From an uncultured Desulfosarcina sp. (lineage in GTDB: Bacteria; Desulfobacterota; Desulfobacteria; Desulfobacterales; Desulfosarcinaceae), in assembly GCA_963674945.2 (NCBI GenBank), contig CAXXWQ010000004.1, positions 3,232,001 through 3,296,000 on the forward strand: 64,000 bases of DNA, read 5' to 3'. The translations under genes were made by a program, and so were the position numbers. Every line of letters begins with the position of its first letter. The stretch's first letter is position 1. This document shows positions 29,396-39,829 of the stretch, one piece after another. The notes under the pieces are model-generated. The model was not told the DNA's origin, searched no databases, and worked only from the letters and a program-made list of their open reading frames with translations.

Positions 29396-30814
29396 TTACC
29401 CCATGGGCGGTTTTTTCCCGTTTTTCGGTTCTATCATCTTGAGCTGGCGATCCACCATCTCTCTCTGGGCTTCGTTCACGGCTATATTTCTCGCCCGTTT
29501 CAGGTGAAAATGGGCATTGTTCAGGTCCATTTTCTGCCGATAGAAAATACCGAGGTTATAGTGGGCGCCGAACATATCCCCCAGTCGGCTGCTGGCCTCT
29601 CCCAAATAGTAGTAGGCCTCGGTGTAATTTTCATCATCCCGTACGAGGTTTTCGAAGGTCTCTTTTGCATCGGCCGTGTGGTCCAGTTCCATTTGGGCGC
29701 GTCCCAGGTAGAGACTTCCCTCCGGGTATTTTGCGGACGCACCGGCCAACAGGGCCGACGATGCTTTCTCATACTCTCCGTCATGGAAGTAAATTTTTCC
29801 CAGATCCTGCAGCATATGGGCGGCCATGGCATTGCCCTCGATGGCCAGCTTCATATGCTCGGCGGCATCGTGCCATTTTTCTTCCCGTGTCAATGCCAGC
29901 GCGTACCCGTAGTTGGCCATGGGGTCTTTCGGCGATTTGTCGATTTTTCGTTTGAAGTGGTTCAGGGCCTCCCGTTCGTCGGTGTAAAGGGCTACAAGCC
30001 GCGTATGGGCAAGTTCGAAACCGCCGGTTTCGGGACGGTCGACCTGCTTTATGGGCGTGTGCTGGTGAAGCCAACTGTCGATGTAGATGATTCGTTCTTC
30101 CGATCCGGGGTGTGTCGTCAGATAGGTGGGGACTTCATTCGCCCCGTACCACTGCTTGCTGCGGATTTTTTTCAGCGATGTCAAAAGTCCCTCTCCGGTA
30201 TAGCCGGCATTCGTAAGATAGTCCAATCCGATCTGGTCGGCCTGCATCTCATCCTGGCGGCTGTAGGCCAAAACCGCCGACTGGCCGGCGGCAACGGACC
30301 CCATGGTCACGGCACCGGCAGCGGCGCCGGCGCCACCGGCACCCAACAGGACGCCTGCGACCATGCCCGCCAGGGTGGCCATACTGATCTTCTTGCTGCT
30401 TTCGATGCGTTGGGAGATGTGCCGGCAGGTGACATGGGCGATCTCATGGCCGATGATGCCGGCAAGTTCCTCCTCGGATTCCAGGGCGGCAAACAGTCCG
30501 CTATTGAAAAAGATGTGCCCGGCCGGCGTGGCAAAGGCGTTGTACACATCTTCATGGAGCACATGGAAATGATAGGTAAAGGGTTGCGGTGGCAGGGAAG
30601 AAACAATTCGATTGCCCACACGATTGACGTAATCGACGATGATCGGATCATGGATCAGGGGGAATTGGGCGCGGACGACCTCCATGAACTCCCTGGACAT
30701 TTCCCGCTCTTCTTGTATGGTGATACAATACCCTTTCGGCACAACGGGGCCCAGGGTGGCAGCGAGAAAAAAAAGCAATACCGACAATGCAAAAATTTTT
30801 TTATTTATCAACAT
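29396..30814 (-). CDS. M48 metallopeptidase with TPR repeats (BepA-like)
   Basis: HEIAH, YSRQDEMQAD, LTTHP; C-terminal TPRs. Confidence 0.9.
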   Translation of the reverse strand: MLINKKIFALSVLLFFLAATLGPVVPKGYCITIQEEREMSREFMEVVRAQFPLIHDPIIVDYVNRVGNRIVSSLPPQPFTYHFHVLHEDVYNAFATPAGHIFFNSGLFAALESEEELAGIIGHEIAHVTCRHISQRIESSKKISMATLAGMVAGVLLGAGGAGAAAGAVTMGSVAAGQSAVLAYSRQDEMQADQIGLDYLTNAGYTGEGLLTSLKKIRSKQWYGANEVPTYLTTHPGSEERIIYIDSWLHQHTPIKQVDRPETGGFELAHTRLVALYTDEREALNHFKRKIDKSPKDPMANYGYALALTREEKWHDAAEHMKLAIEGNAMAAHMLQDLGKIYFHDGEYEKASSALLAGASAKYPEGSLYLGRAQMELDHTADAKETFENLVRDDENYTEAYYYLGEASSRLGDMFGAHYNLGIFYRQKMDLNNAHFHLKRARNIAVNEAQREMVDRQLKMIEPKNGKKPPMG

Positions 30815-30928
30815 TTTAAGTTATTTTAACGGCTACGGTTGAAAGCAGATTTCTCCCTTTCTACAAACTACAATGGCATATTCTAATCTACTTTTCAAAC
30901 TTCATGTTTTGTGTTAAAGATTTGCACC

Positions 30929-31708
30929 ATGGCACACACGATATGCATCGCCAACCAAAAGGGCGGCGTGGGAAAAACCACCACGGCCGTCAATCTCTCC
31001 GCCGCACTTGCCGTTTCCGAGAAACGGACGCTTCTGGTGGATTGTGATCCCCAGGCCAATGCGACGACCGGCGTGGGCGTGGATAAAGCCACGCTGGAAA
31101 AGACCCTCTATCATGGCCTCATCGGCGATGTCGGTGCCGCCGCGATTATCGTGGACACCCAGATCGACTCCCTGAAAGTGATGCCGTCCCGCGTGGAGTT
31201 GATCGGTTTCGATGTGGAGATGTTAGACGAATCCAATCGGGAACATTCCTTGCGTCGCCTCCTGGCCCAGGTGGAAAGCGACTTCGATTATATCGTTATC
31301 GACTGTCCTCCCTCCTTGAGCCTTTTAACGGTAAATGCCATGACGGCCGCCAATGCCCTTTTGATTCCACTTCAGTGTGAATTTTATGCACTGGAAGGTC
31401 TTAGTCAACTCGTCAAGACATTCAAACGCATAAAAAAAGGATTAAATCCGGCACTTACCGTTGCCGGTATTTTGCTGACCATGTTCGATCGCCGCACAAA
31501 TTTGAGCCATCAGGTGGCGCAGGACGCGGAACACCATTTCAAGAACCTGGTATTCAAAACGATGATTCCCCGTAATGTCCGCCTTGGCGAGGCACCCAGT
31601 TACGGCCAACCCATTTTGCTGTACGATGCCACATCACCCGGAGCGGTTAGCTATTTTTCCCTGGCCAAGGAGGTGATGGCCGCCAATCACGCCGGACGTG
31701 CCGCGTAG
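30929..31708 (+). CDS. parA: ParA/Soj ATPase
   Basis: NQKGGVGKTT, DCPPSL, IPRNVRLGEAPSYG. Confidence 0.95.
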   Translation: MAHTICIANQKGGVGKTTTAVNLSAALAVSEKRTLLVDCDPQANATTGVGVDKATLEKTLYHGLIGDVGAAAIIVDTQIDSLKVMPSRVELIGFDVEMLDESNREHSLRRLLAQVESDFDYIVIDCPPSLSLLTVNAMTAANALLIPLQCEFYALEGLSQLVKTFKRIKKGLNPALTVAGILLTMFDRRTNLSHQVAQDAEHHFKNLVFKTMIPRNVRLGEAPSYGQPILLYDATSPGAVSYFSLAKEVMAANHAGRAA

Positions 31709-31748
31709 CAGCATTCAACCCGTTGACCTTCGGTAATGTAGGATTTTC

Positions 31749-32672
31749 ATGTCGGCTAAACAAAAGGAAAAGAGCGCCGATGCCGGTGCAAAGAAAAAAC
31801 GCAAAGCAGCCTTGGGCCGCGGATTAGACGCCCTCATACCGGATTTGGGGAGTGTTGCGGAACTCAATTCCACGCCAGGTTCGTCGCAAAGTGACTACTT
31901 TTTGTGTGAAGTGGATATGATACGGCCGAACCGGTATCAGCCCCGTCGTCGTTTCTCCGATGAAGAGTTGGCGGAACTGGCCGAATCCGTACGTGTTCAG
32001 GGCATCCTTCAACCGCTGCTGGTCCGCAGGGATGAGATTGACGGGTATGAACTGGTGGCAGGAGAAAGGCGTCTGCGGGCGGCAGCCATGGCCGGCTTAG
32101 ATCGCGTTCCCGTGGTCGTGAAAGATGTGTCGGACGCCGAGATGCTGGAGATTTCCATCGTGGAGAACATCCAGCGGGAGAATCTCAATCCGATGGAAGA
32201 GGCGAACGCCTACCATCGGCTGATCACCGAGTTTGAGCTGACCCAGGATCAGGCAGCCGATCGCGTGGGAAAGAGCCGAAGTGCCGTGGCCAACTTCCTC
32301 CGTCTCCGGCATCTGCCCGATCCCATCCAATCCAGCATCATGGAGGGGGTCTTGCGCATGGGCCATGCACGGGCCCTGCTGGGTGCCGAAACACAGGCCA
32401 AACAGCAGGCCGCCTTCCGGGAGGTGGTGGCCAAAAAATTGTCTGTGCGCCAAACCGAGGCACTGATCAAACGCATCAATGGCGAAAAAAAAACGGCCCA
32501 ACCGTCTGAATTGACCCCCGAACAGCGGTATTTCAGGGACATTTCCGACGATCTGTCCCGCCATTACGGCACCCGTGTGCGAATTCATCGAAAGGGAAAA
32601 AAGGGCCGGGTCGAAATCGATTTTTTCAACGACGATGACTTGAACCGATTGTTGGAAATGTTGCGATCATAA
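31749..32672 (+). CDS. parB: ParB/Spo0J
   Basis: LGRGLDAL, QPR, AGERRLRA, ENIQRE. Confidence 0.95.
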   Translation: MSAKQKEKSADAGAKKKRKAALGRGLDALIPDLGSVAELNSTPGSSQSDYFLCEVDMIRPNRYQPRRRFSDEELAELAESVRVQGILQPLLVRRDEIDGYELVAGERRLRAAAMAGLDRVPVVVKDVSDAEMLEISIVENIQRENLNPMEEANAYHRLITEFELTQDQAADRVGKSRSAVANFLRLRHLPDPIQSSIMEGVLRMGHARALLGAETQAKQQAAFREVVAKKLSVRQTEALIKRINGEKKTAQPSELTPEQRYFRDISDDLSRHYGTRVRIHRKGKKGRVEIDFFNDDDLNRLLEMLRS

Positions 32673-32722
32673 GTGCCCATCCGGAAATGACCTTTTTCTG
32701 GACAGACACCGACGAAGATGTA

Positions 32723-33247
32723 ATGGGTGTTCACATCATCATAGATGGTTACAACCTGATCCGACAGTCCCCTTCACTGTCGAAAGTGGACCGCCAGGAT
32801 CTTCAGCTGGGGCGGGAGGCCCTTGTGGCGCTTTTGGTGGCCTACAAGAAAGTCAAGCCCCATCCCATCACCGTGGTTTTCGACGGAAGCGCCGATCCCT
32901 CTCTCTACGGCCCCCGTGATCGTGTCAAGGGAATTTCCATTCGCTACTCCCATGGCGGAGAGAGTGCAGACGACGTGATTCGGCGAATGGCGCGGCGGGA
33001 GAAGGCAAAAGCCCTGGTGGTCAGCAGCGACCGGGCGGTGATGGCCGCCGCCGAAGCGGCCGGTGCAACGGCGATGCACGCGGCGGACTTTGAAAACAAG
33101 ATTGCCATGGCCCACTATATGAGCGTGAAAGGCGGAGAGCCGCCGGCCGAGTCCGAGGGCTGGATTCCCACCACGCGAAAGAAAGGGCCCAGCCGGCGGT
33201 TGCCCAAGAGAAAGCGCCGGGCGCTGGCAAGGGCCAAGAAGCTATAA
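32723..33247 (+). CDS. NYN/YacP-family nuclease
   Basis: IIDGYNL, VVFDG, ADDVI, VSSDR. Confidence 0.88.
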   Translation: MGVHIIIDGYNLIRQSPSLSKVDRQDLQLGREALVALLVAYKKVKPHPITVVFDGSADPSLYGPRDRVKGISIRYSHGGESADDVIRRMARREKAKALVVSSDRAVMAAAEAAGATAMHAADFENKIAMAHYMSVKGGEPPAESEGWIPTTRKKGPSRRLPKRKRRALARAKKL

Positions 33248-33479
33248 CCTAAACTGAGCGTTTCAAATTTCCTTGAACAATGAAATCTCCCGAAATTGTG
33301 GAACGATGGCTCAATATTTTCATCGAAAATTTGAAACCCGTTGGGATTGCCGATCTCACCACATCTGCGGCGTCAGATGCCTTCCCGCATAGGTGACCAT
33401 AGCGGAAAGCCATCTTCCTTGTAAATGCGGCAATCTCGACAATCGCTCCGCTTAGGTATAAAAAAGTCATTTAGGAGTC

Positions 33480-33923
33480 GTGATGTCGCGAACGAATGCG
33501 CGTAAAACGATTTGCGTGATTGACGGCCAGGGCGGCGGTATCGGCAGTACGGTCATCAAGGCCATCAAGGCCAGATTCGGAGAATCCGTCGAAATCGTTG
33601 CCCTGGGGACCAACGCCATCGCCACCGCCCAGATGTTAAAGGCAAGGGCAAACCGCGGGGCCTCGGGTGAAAACGCCATCGTGCGAACGGTGGCAGGGGT
33701 GGACGTGGTGGTCGGCACTTTGGGTATCATGCTCGCCCACGCCATGATGGGAGAGGTGACGCCGAAGATGGCCGAGGCGGTCAGTGGCTGTGATGCCGTC
33801 AAACTCATTCTGCCCATTTTCCAGGAGAACGTTCAATTGATCGGGGCTTCGGATGATCCGCTGCCCCACCTGGTCGAAGCCATGGTGAACGACCACCTTG
33901 CACCATTGCTGGAGAATCGTTAA
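33480..33923 (+). CDS. DUF3842 family protein
   Basis: VIDGQGGGIG, ALGTNAIAT, GENAI, MMGEVTP. Confidence 0.85.
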   Translation: MMSRTNARKTICVIDGQGGGIGSTVIKAIKARFGESVEIVALGTNAIATAQMLKARANRGASGENAIVRTVAGVDVVVGTLGIMLAHAMMGEVTPKMAEAVSGCDAVKLILPIFQENVQLIGASDDPLPHLVEAMVNDHLAPLLENR

Positions 33924-33929
33924 TTGGTA

Positions 33930-34073
33930 GAGGCGATTTCAAAATGTTCAATCGGGTTCAAGATCAAGGCGGGGTGAGGTGGTCAACCGCAAACATACAT
34001 TTCGTATTTCGAGGATTGGACAGGTCGCCCCAACGCCGATATTGAGCCCGAGGGAGCGTTTTGGAATTGCCTC
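33930..34073. repeat. 144-bp intergenic element with imperfect terminal inverted repeats
   Basis: GAGGCGATTTCAAAATGTTC ... GAGCGTTTTGGAATTGCCTC. Confidence 0.6.
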
Positions 34074-34094
34074 GATAGGAAAGGATGAATTAAG

Positions 34095-34292
34095 ATGTGC
34101 GAGGCCAATGCATACCTACTCTCCGACGGAGAAGAGACACTCGTCATGGAGTCGGTGGATTACGTCCTGCCGGAAGGGGACGGTCTGAAGCTGGTGAATA
34201 TCTTTGGTGAACAAAAATTTCTCAAAGCCGCCATTCACTCCCTATCTCTTGTGGATCACAAGGTGTTTCTCAAATCCGTGGAGAGACGCTAA
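34095..34292 (+). CDS. cooT: CooT-family nickel-binding protein
   Basis: MCEANAY start, IFGEQK, LVDHK. Confidence 0.85.
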   Translation: MCEANAYLLSDGEETLVMESVDYVLPEGDGLKLVNIFGEQKFLKAAIHSLSLVDHKVFLKSVERR

Positions 34293-34311
34293 CCGATCCA
34301 AAGAGTGATCC

Positions 34312-36045
34312 ATGAAGATCGAAATCGCTAAGACCGCCGGTTTTTGCATGGGTGTGAGAAGGGCCGTGGACATGGTCCTGGATGCCCCGGCAAAACATAT
34401 GGCGCCCATCTATACTTACGGTCCCTTGATACACAACCCACAGGTCCTCTCCATGTTCGAGCGGCGTGGCATATCGGTGTTGGAACGGATTCCGGAGAGG
34501 GGGACCGGTACGGTCCTGGTTCGTGCTCACGGGGTGCCGCCCGAAGAGAAACAGGGTCTTGCGGATGCCGGTTTCACCGTGGTGGACGCCACCTGTCCCC
34601 GGGTCATTCGCGTACAGACCATCATCCGGGTCCACGCCCGAAAGGGATATGCAGTCATCATCGTCGGCGACCGGGACCATCCCGAGGTGGTGGGGCTCAT
34701 GGGGTATGCCGGTGAATTCGGGCATGTGGTCAGTTCCATGGTGGAGCTTTCGGCCCTGCCCGCCTTCGAGAAAGCCATCATCGTCGCCCAGACGACACAG
34801 AACACACGATTGTACGACCAGGTAAAGGCCTGGGCCGCCACGACGTATCCCCATTACAAAACCTTCGATACCATCTGCGATTCCACGGAAAAACGGCAGG
34901 CGGAGGCAAAGCGACTGGCGAGCCGGGTGGATGCCGTCATCGTTGTGGGAGGGAAACAGAGCGGAAACACCCAGCGACTGGCGGAAATCGCCGCGGAAAC
35001 GGGGAAACCGTCTTTTCACGTGGAGACCGAGGCCGAACTGCCATCGTGTGATCTGGAGCATGCGGCCCATGTCGGCATCACCGCCGGTGCCTCCACACCC
35101 AACTGGCTCATCAAGCGGGTGTATCGGGAACTGGAGCGACTGCCGACGCAACGCCAGTCCCGTGTGGCCAAAACCCTGTACGCCACCATGAGATCCCTAT
35201 TGTTGACCAATGTCCTGGTGGCCATGGGCGCAGGAAGCCTCTGTTTTTCCTGCACGCGGCTTTTGGGGGTCTCTCCGGCGATTTTCCCGGTGGCGATGGC
35301 GATGCTCTACGTATTGTCCATGCATATGCTGAACCATCTCACCGGAACGGCAGAGGACCAGTACAATGATCCTGAACGCGCTCAATTTTACAGCCAATAC
35401 AAGGTTTTTCTGGCCATCATGGCCATCGTCGCCGGAGGGCTGGGAATTCTGAGCGCTTCGGCCATGGGAAGCGCCTCCTTCGTGATCCTGTTGGTGATGA
35501 GTTTTCTGGGGCTTTCCTACAATCTATATTGGATCCCCAAAGGATTGGGGCTCAGGTTCCGGCGCATCAAGGACATTCCCGGCTCCAAGACCTTTCTCAT
35601 CGCCGTTGCCTGGGGCGTGGTGGTGGCACTGCTTCCCGGTATCGCGGACAAGGGGAAGTTGACCCTTTCCATCTTCTGTGTTTTCCTGTGGGCCACGGCC
35701 CTGGTGTTGGCCCGCACCGCATTTTTTGATTTGCTGGACATTCAGGGGGATCGACTCGTGGGCAAGGAGACCATACCCATCTTGTTGGGAACGCGCAAAA
35801 CAGTGGTCCTCTTAAAGGGTATCCTCACCTTTTGTATCGTCCAGCCCGCCCTTTTGGCCGCCTTGGGGCTGATATCATCGTTGGGGTTTATCCTGGCCCT
35901 TATTCCCATTGGCATGCTGCTGATCGTGGATACCTATGAGAATGAACGCATACAGCCGGGAATGCGCCTGGAGTTTTTCGTGGAGAGCCTGTTTTTTTTG
36001 TCGGGCGTCATCACATTGCTGTGGATGGTCGTAGCCTCCCCATGA
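34312..36045 (+). CDS. ispH: IspH (HMBPP reductase) fused to a UbiA-like membrane domain
   Basis: AGFCMGV, DATCP, TICDST, GITAGASTP, then TM helices with D..D..GD...GKETIP. Confidence 0.92.
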   Translation: MKIEIAKTAGFCMGVRRAVDMVLDAPAKHMAPIYTYGPLIHNPQVLSMFERRGISVLERIPERGTGTVLVRAHGVPPEEKQGLADAGFTVVDATCPRVIRVQTIIRVHARKGYAVIIVGDRDHPEVVGLMGYAGEFGHVVSSMVELSALPAFEKAIIVAQTTQNTRLYDQVKAWAATTYPHYKTFDTICDSTEKRQAEAKRLASRVDAVIVVGGKQSGNTQRLAEIAAETGKPSFHVETEAELPSCDLEHAAHVGITAGASTPNWLIKRVYRELERLPTQRQSRVAKTLYATMRSLLLTNVLVAMGAGSLCFSCTRLLGVSPAIFPVAMAMLYVLSMHMLNHLTGTAEDQYNDPERAQFYSQYKVFLAIMAIVAGGLGILSASAMGSASFVILLVMSFLGLSYNLYWIPKGLGLRFRRIKDIPGSKTFLIAVAWGVVVALLPGIADKGKLTLSIFCVFLWATALVLARTAFFDLLDIQGDRLVGKETIPILLGTRKTVVLLKGILTFCIVQPALLAALGLISSLGFILALIPIGMLLIVDTYENERIQPGMRLEFFVESLFFLSGVITLLWMVVASP

Positions 36046-36060
36046 TCGGGTGATGGAACA

Positions 36061-38544
36061 ATGAACAGCGAGAATCGCGAACTGGGGCTTGCCGAAGAAT
36101 TCATCCGGGATACCGGCTGCCATCTTTTTTTAACGGGCAGGGCGGGAACCGGCAAGACAACCTTTCTGCGCAAGCTGAAGCGAGAAAATCCCAAACGTCT
36201 GGTGGTGACGGCGCCTACGGGTGTGGCGGCCATCAACGCTGGCGGCGTTACCCTTCACTCCTTCTTTCAATTGCCCTTCGGCCCCTTTGTCCCAGGTGGT
36301 GAAGAGACCCGGTTGCGGTATCGCGTGAGCCGGCAGAAGATCGACATCATCAAGAGTCTTGACCTGTTGATCATCGACGAGATCAGCATGGTGCGGGCAG
36401 ATCTGCTGGATGGTGTGGACCAGGTCCTGCGCCACTACCGCCGCAGTGATCGACCCTTCGGCGGGATTCAGTTGCTGATGATCGGCGACCTTTTCCAGCT
36501 CCCGCCCGTTGTGAAGGAAACGGATTGGCAAATCCTTCGTCCTTTTTACGATTCTCCCTATTTTTTCTGCAGTAACGCCCTGTCCGCAGCGAAGATGGTG
36601 ACCATTGAGTTGACGCACATCTATCGCCAGACGGACAGCCGTTTCATCGACATTCTCAATCGTGTTCGAAGCGGAACGCTTGACCAATGGGCACTGGCAG
36701 CCCTCAATGATCGGTGCAGCGCAGCGTGTCAGGCCAACGCCGGTGAGGGGTATATCACCCTTTCCACCCACAACCGAAGCGTCGATGGTATCAATTCCCA
36801 GCGGCTCGACGCGCTAAAGGGGAATCCGCACGCCTTCGCTGCCGAAATCGAAGGGGACTTTCCCCAGCAGGCCTACCCCACACCGGCCACTCTCAGGATC
36901 AAGCCGGGGGCACAGGTAATGTTCGTTCGAAATGACAATTCGCCGGAAAAAAGGTATTTCAACGGGAAGATCGGAACGGTGGTTGACATCGACGGCGATG
37001 CGATTCATGTGCAATGCCAAGACGATGCGGAGGCCATTTGGGTCGAGCCCGTCACCTGGGAAAACATCGAGTATTCCCTGAACCAGGAAAACAACGAGAT
37101 CAGCGAAACAACCATCGGCACATTCACCCAATACCCCCTTCGGCTGGCCTGGGCCGTCACCATTCACAAGAGCCAGGGGCTTACTTTCGATCAAGCCATT
37201 ATCGACGCACAGGCCGCCTTCGCCCATGGACAGGTATATGTGGCCCTGAGCCGATGCCGGACACTGGAGGGGATGGTCCTGTCGACACCCATTCGTCGGC
37301 AGGCGTTGATGGTCGATCCCATCGTCCAGAATTTCGACCGACAAGCCCGGCAAAATCCGCCCGGCAAAACGCTGCTGATGGAGGAAAAGAAGCGATACCA
37401 GGAGCAACTGCTGGTCCAATGCTTCGACTTTACCGCACTTCGAAGACTCCTGGGGCGTTTCGTCGGTCTGGTTCTGGGAAATGCCCAGCGTATCCACCTG
37501 ACAGGCGTCGACGACCTAAGAGAGGCACAAACAGCCTGTGAAACAGAGATCTTTACTATCGGAGACAAGTTCATCCGACAGCTGCAAGGACTTATATCCG
37601 ACGATACACTGCCGGCGGATGATCCCGCGGTTCTGGACCGGATCGCAAAGGCGTCGGCCTATTTTCAGGAAAAGATCGATCAGTGCCTCGTTTCTATACT
37701 TACGCGTATTGGCTGGGAGACGGACAACACCGCTTTAAAAACCAAGGCCAACCGGTTTTTCAAACTTCTTCGGGAAGAGACGGCAAAAAAAAGTGCCGGT
37801 GTGAAGAGCTGTGCGGACGGTTTCTCGCCCACAAATTACTTTCGGGCCGTTTCCGCAGCGGCCGTCGCCGACGCCAGGGACGGCAAATCCGTGGCGCCGC
37901 CACCATTGTATGACGAAACGGATATTTCCCATCCGGAATTGTTCCGGACCCTGAAGGAGTGGAGAAGCGATCAGGCAAAGGCGGAAGGCATCGCCAATTA
38001 CCAGGTGCTTCACCAGAAGACCCTGATTCAGATCGCCATCCATTTGCCCGGTAGCCTTTCGGATCTGAAAAAGATCCACGGTATCGGAAAACAACTGACA
38101 AAACGCTATGGTCAGGCGCTGGTTGAAATGGTGAACGCGTATCGGGAAAAGTACCGGATCGATTCTGTACACCTGCCTCCATCTTCCCCGGAGAGAAAAG
38201 AATCCGACGGTTCCCAAAAGCCGGAAAAATCCAAGACGGCCAAGATCGATACCAAACAGGCAACCCTGGATCTCTTCGAAAAGGGGCTTTCCCTGCCACA
38301 GATCGCCGAGCGGCGGGGATTGATGGTTGCCACCATCGAGGGTCACATGGCCCATTGGGTAAAGCGCGGCGATGTGGCCGTCGACCGTCTGGTTTCGTCT
38401 GAAAAACGACGCCTCATCGAACAGGCGGTTTCGCAGTTGCCGGGAAGATCCATGAAGGAGATCAAGACGTTTCTCGGCGCCGATGTTTCCTACGGCGAGA
38501 TCAAATTGGTGCAGGCGCATCTTGCCAGGCAAATCAATCCATGA
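36061..38544 (+). CDS. PIF1/RecD-like helicase with HRDC and C-terminal HTH domains
   Basis: TGRAGTGKT, IIDEISM, GDLFQLPPV, TIHKSQG, YVALSR; HRDC-like LFRTLKEWR...IHGIG. Confidence 0.9.
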   Translation: MNSENRELGLAEEFIRDTGCHLFLTGRAGTGKTTFLRKLKRENPKRLVVTAPTGVAAINAGGVTLHSFFQLPFGPFVPGGEETRLRYRVSRQKIDIIKSLDLLIIDEISMVRADLLDGVDQVLRHYRRSDRPFGGIQLLMIGDLFQLPPVVKETDWQILRPFYDSPYFFCSNALSAAKMVTIELTHIYRQTDSRFIDILNRVRSGTLDQWALAALNDRCSAACQANAGEGYITLSTHNRSVDGINSQRLDALKGNPHAFAAEIEGDFPQQAYPTPATLRIKPGAQVMFVRNDNSPEKRYFNGKIGTVVDIDGDAIHVQCQDDAEAIWVEPVTWENIEYSLNQENNEISETTIGTFTQYPLRLAWAVTIHKSQGLTFDQAIIDAQAAFAHGQVYVALSRCRTLEGMVLSTPIRRQALMVDPIVQNFDRQARQNPPGKTLLMEEKKRYQEQLLVQCFDFTALRRLLGRFVGLVLGNAQRIHLTGVDDLREAQTACETEIFTIGDKFIRQLQGLISDDTLPADDPAVLDRIAKASAYFQEKIDQCLVSILTRIGWETDNTALKTKANRFFKLLREETAKKSAGVKSCADGFSPTNYFRAVSAAAVADARDGKSVAPPPLYDETDISHPELFRTLKEWRSDQAKAEGIANYQVLHQKTLIQIAIHLPGSLSDLKKIHGIGKQLTKRYGQALVEMVNAYREKYRIDSVHLPPSSPERKESDGSQKPEKSKTAKIDTKQATLDLFEKGLSLPQIAERRGLMVATIEGHMAHWVKRGDVAVDRLVSSEKRRLIEQAVSQLPGRSMKEIKTFLGADVSYGEIKLVQAHLARQINP

Positions 38545-38616
38545 CGGTTTCGTAAAAAGCTTCCAAGGAACTCGTTTATTATTCCAATTAAAAAGGACCT
38601 TTTTACGAGTTCATCA
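38541..38616. repeat. Short element with CGTAAAAAG inverted ends
   Basis: GACGGTTTCGTAAAAAG ... CTTTTTACGAGTTCATC; an isolated similar left end lies at about 29372. Confidence 0.6.
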
Positions 38617-38644
38617 ATCCGTTAACCCCGGAAAAGGGGACAGC

Positions 38645-39355
38645 ATGATGCCTACGACCATTCTCTTCGTGGATGATGACACGAAACTTCTAAAGTTGCT
38701 GAAAGAGTATTTTCATGCCAAGGGATTCGAATTGGTTACGGCGATTTCCGGAAGCCAGGGGCTCGCTTTTTTGAAACGTTCGACTTTCGACATCGTAATC
38801 CTGGACCTCATGCTCCCGGAAATGGACGGTTTCGAGACCCTTTCGGCCATAAAACAGATATCCGACGTCCCCGTGATCATGCTCACCGCCCTGGAGGACG
38901 AAACCGACCGCATCGTCGGTTTGGAGATGGGTGCAGACGACTATCTACACAAACCCATCAACCCGCGGGAGCTTATGGCAAGAATCAAGGCGGTGCTGCG
39001 TCGGGCCGGACAAACCAAGCATCTTCATCATCCGGACCAGGCTACGGATCAACGGCGGTTGGAAAGCATGGGGATCGTCGTCGACACGGCCCGACGGCGG
39101 GTGCGCTTGAAAAACGAGATCATCGACCTGTCCACGGTGGAGTTCGATATTCTATGTGCGCTGATCCAATCCGAGGGACGCGTCGTTACCAGGGAACGTC
39201 TCATGGATATGGCCAGGGGACGCGCCTTCGAAGCCTTTGACCGTTCCATCGATGTCCACATCAGCCGTATCCGCAAAAAGATAGAGGATGATCCTGCAAG
39301 ACCGGCCCGGATCAAGACGGTTTGGGGTAAGGGGTACATGTGGCCGGGGGACTGA
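38645..39355 (+). CDS. OmpR/CpxR-family response regulator
   Basis: FVDDD, ILDLMLP, GADDY..KP, DRSIDVHISRIRKK, TVWGKGY. Confidence 0.93.
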   Translation: MMPTTILFVDDDTKLLKLLKEYFHAKGFELVTAISGSQGLAFLKRSTFDIVILDLMLPEMDGFETLSAIKQISDVPVIMLTALEDETDRIVGLEMGADDYLHKPINPRELMARIKAVLRRAGQTKHLHHPDQATDQRRLESMGIVVDTARRRVRLKNEIIDLSTVEFDILCALIQSEGRVVTRERLMDMARGRAFEAFDRSIDVHISRIRKKIEDDPARPARIKTVWGKGYMWPGD

Positions 39356-39370
39356 ACCAAAATCTATCGA

Positions 39371-39829
39371 TTACTCGGATTTTTCGCCGAGCGATGATTG
39401 GGCAAACAGAGTACGAATTTTCTCCATGCGTTTTCGGTTCGCCCCCAGATCCCCGTACCCCACCCGGGATGCCGATCTCATGTGAATCACCTGCTCATGA
39501 TGAGGAATCAAAAATTCCACATCATCCACGAATTTCATGATCCGGGTCTTGAATTCGGCGTGGATGTAACCCTCCTCTTCCCGGACGATGGTCGCTCCTT
39601 TACAATCGGACACGATTTTCCGGATCCGGGCGATGGCTTCGTCTCTATCGCCCTGGTAGACGATCGGATCGATGGCGTGTTTTCCGTCTCCATTCATGCT
39701 TACCACACAGTTCGGGCTGTTGGGACACGGCCGAAGAGTACCGTCGACCAAACCGACGCCCGGGGAAGTGCAACCGGAAAAGAGGGTCAGCAACACGCAA
39801 AACTGAAATGGCATCGATGGATTTTTCAT
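39371..39829 (-). CDS. DUF1499 lipoprotein
   Basis: LFSGC lipobox, PCPNSPNCV, FVDDVEF, RSASRVGYGDLGANRKR. Confidence 0.9.
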   Translation of the reverse strand: MKNPSMPFQFCVLLTLFSGCTSPGVGLVDGTLRPCPNSPNCVVSMNGDGKHAIDPIVYQGDRDEAIARIRKIVSDCKGATIVREEEGYIHAEFKTRIMKFVDDVEFLIPHHEQVIHMRSASRVGYGDLGANRKRMEKIRTLFAQSSLGEKSE

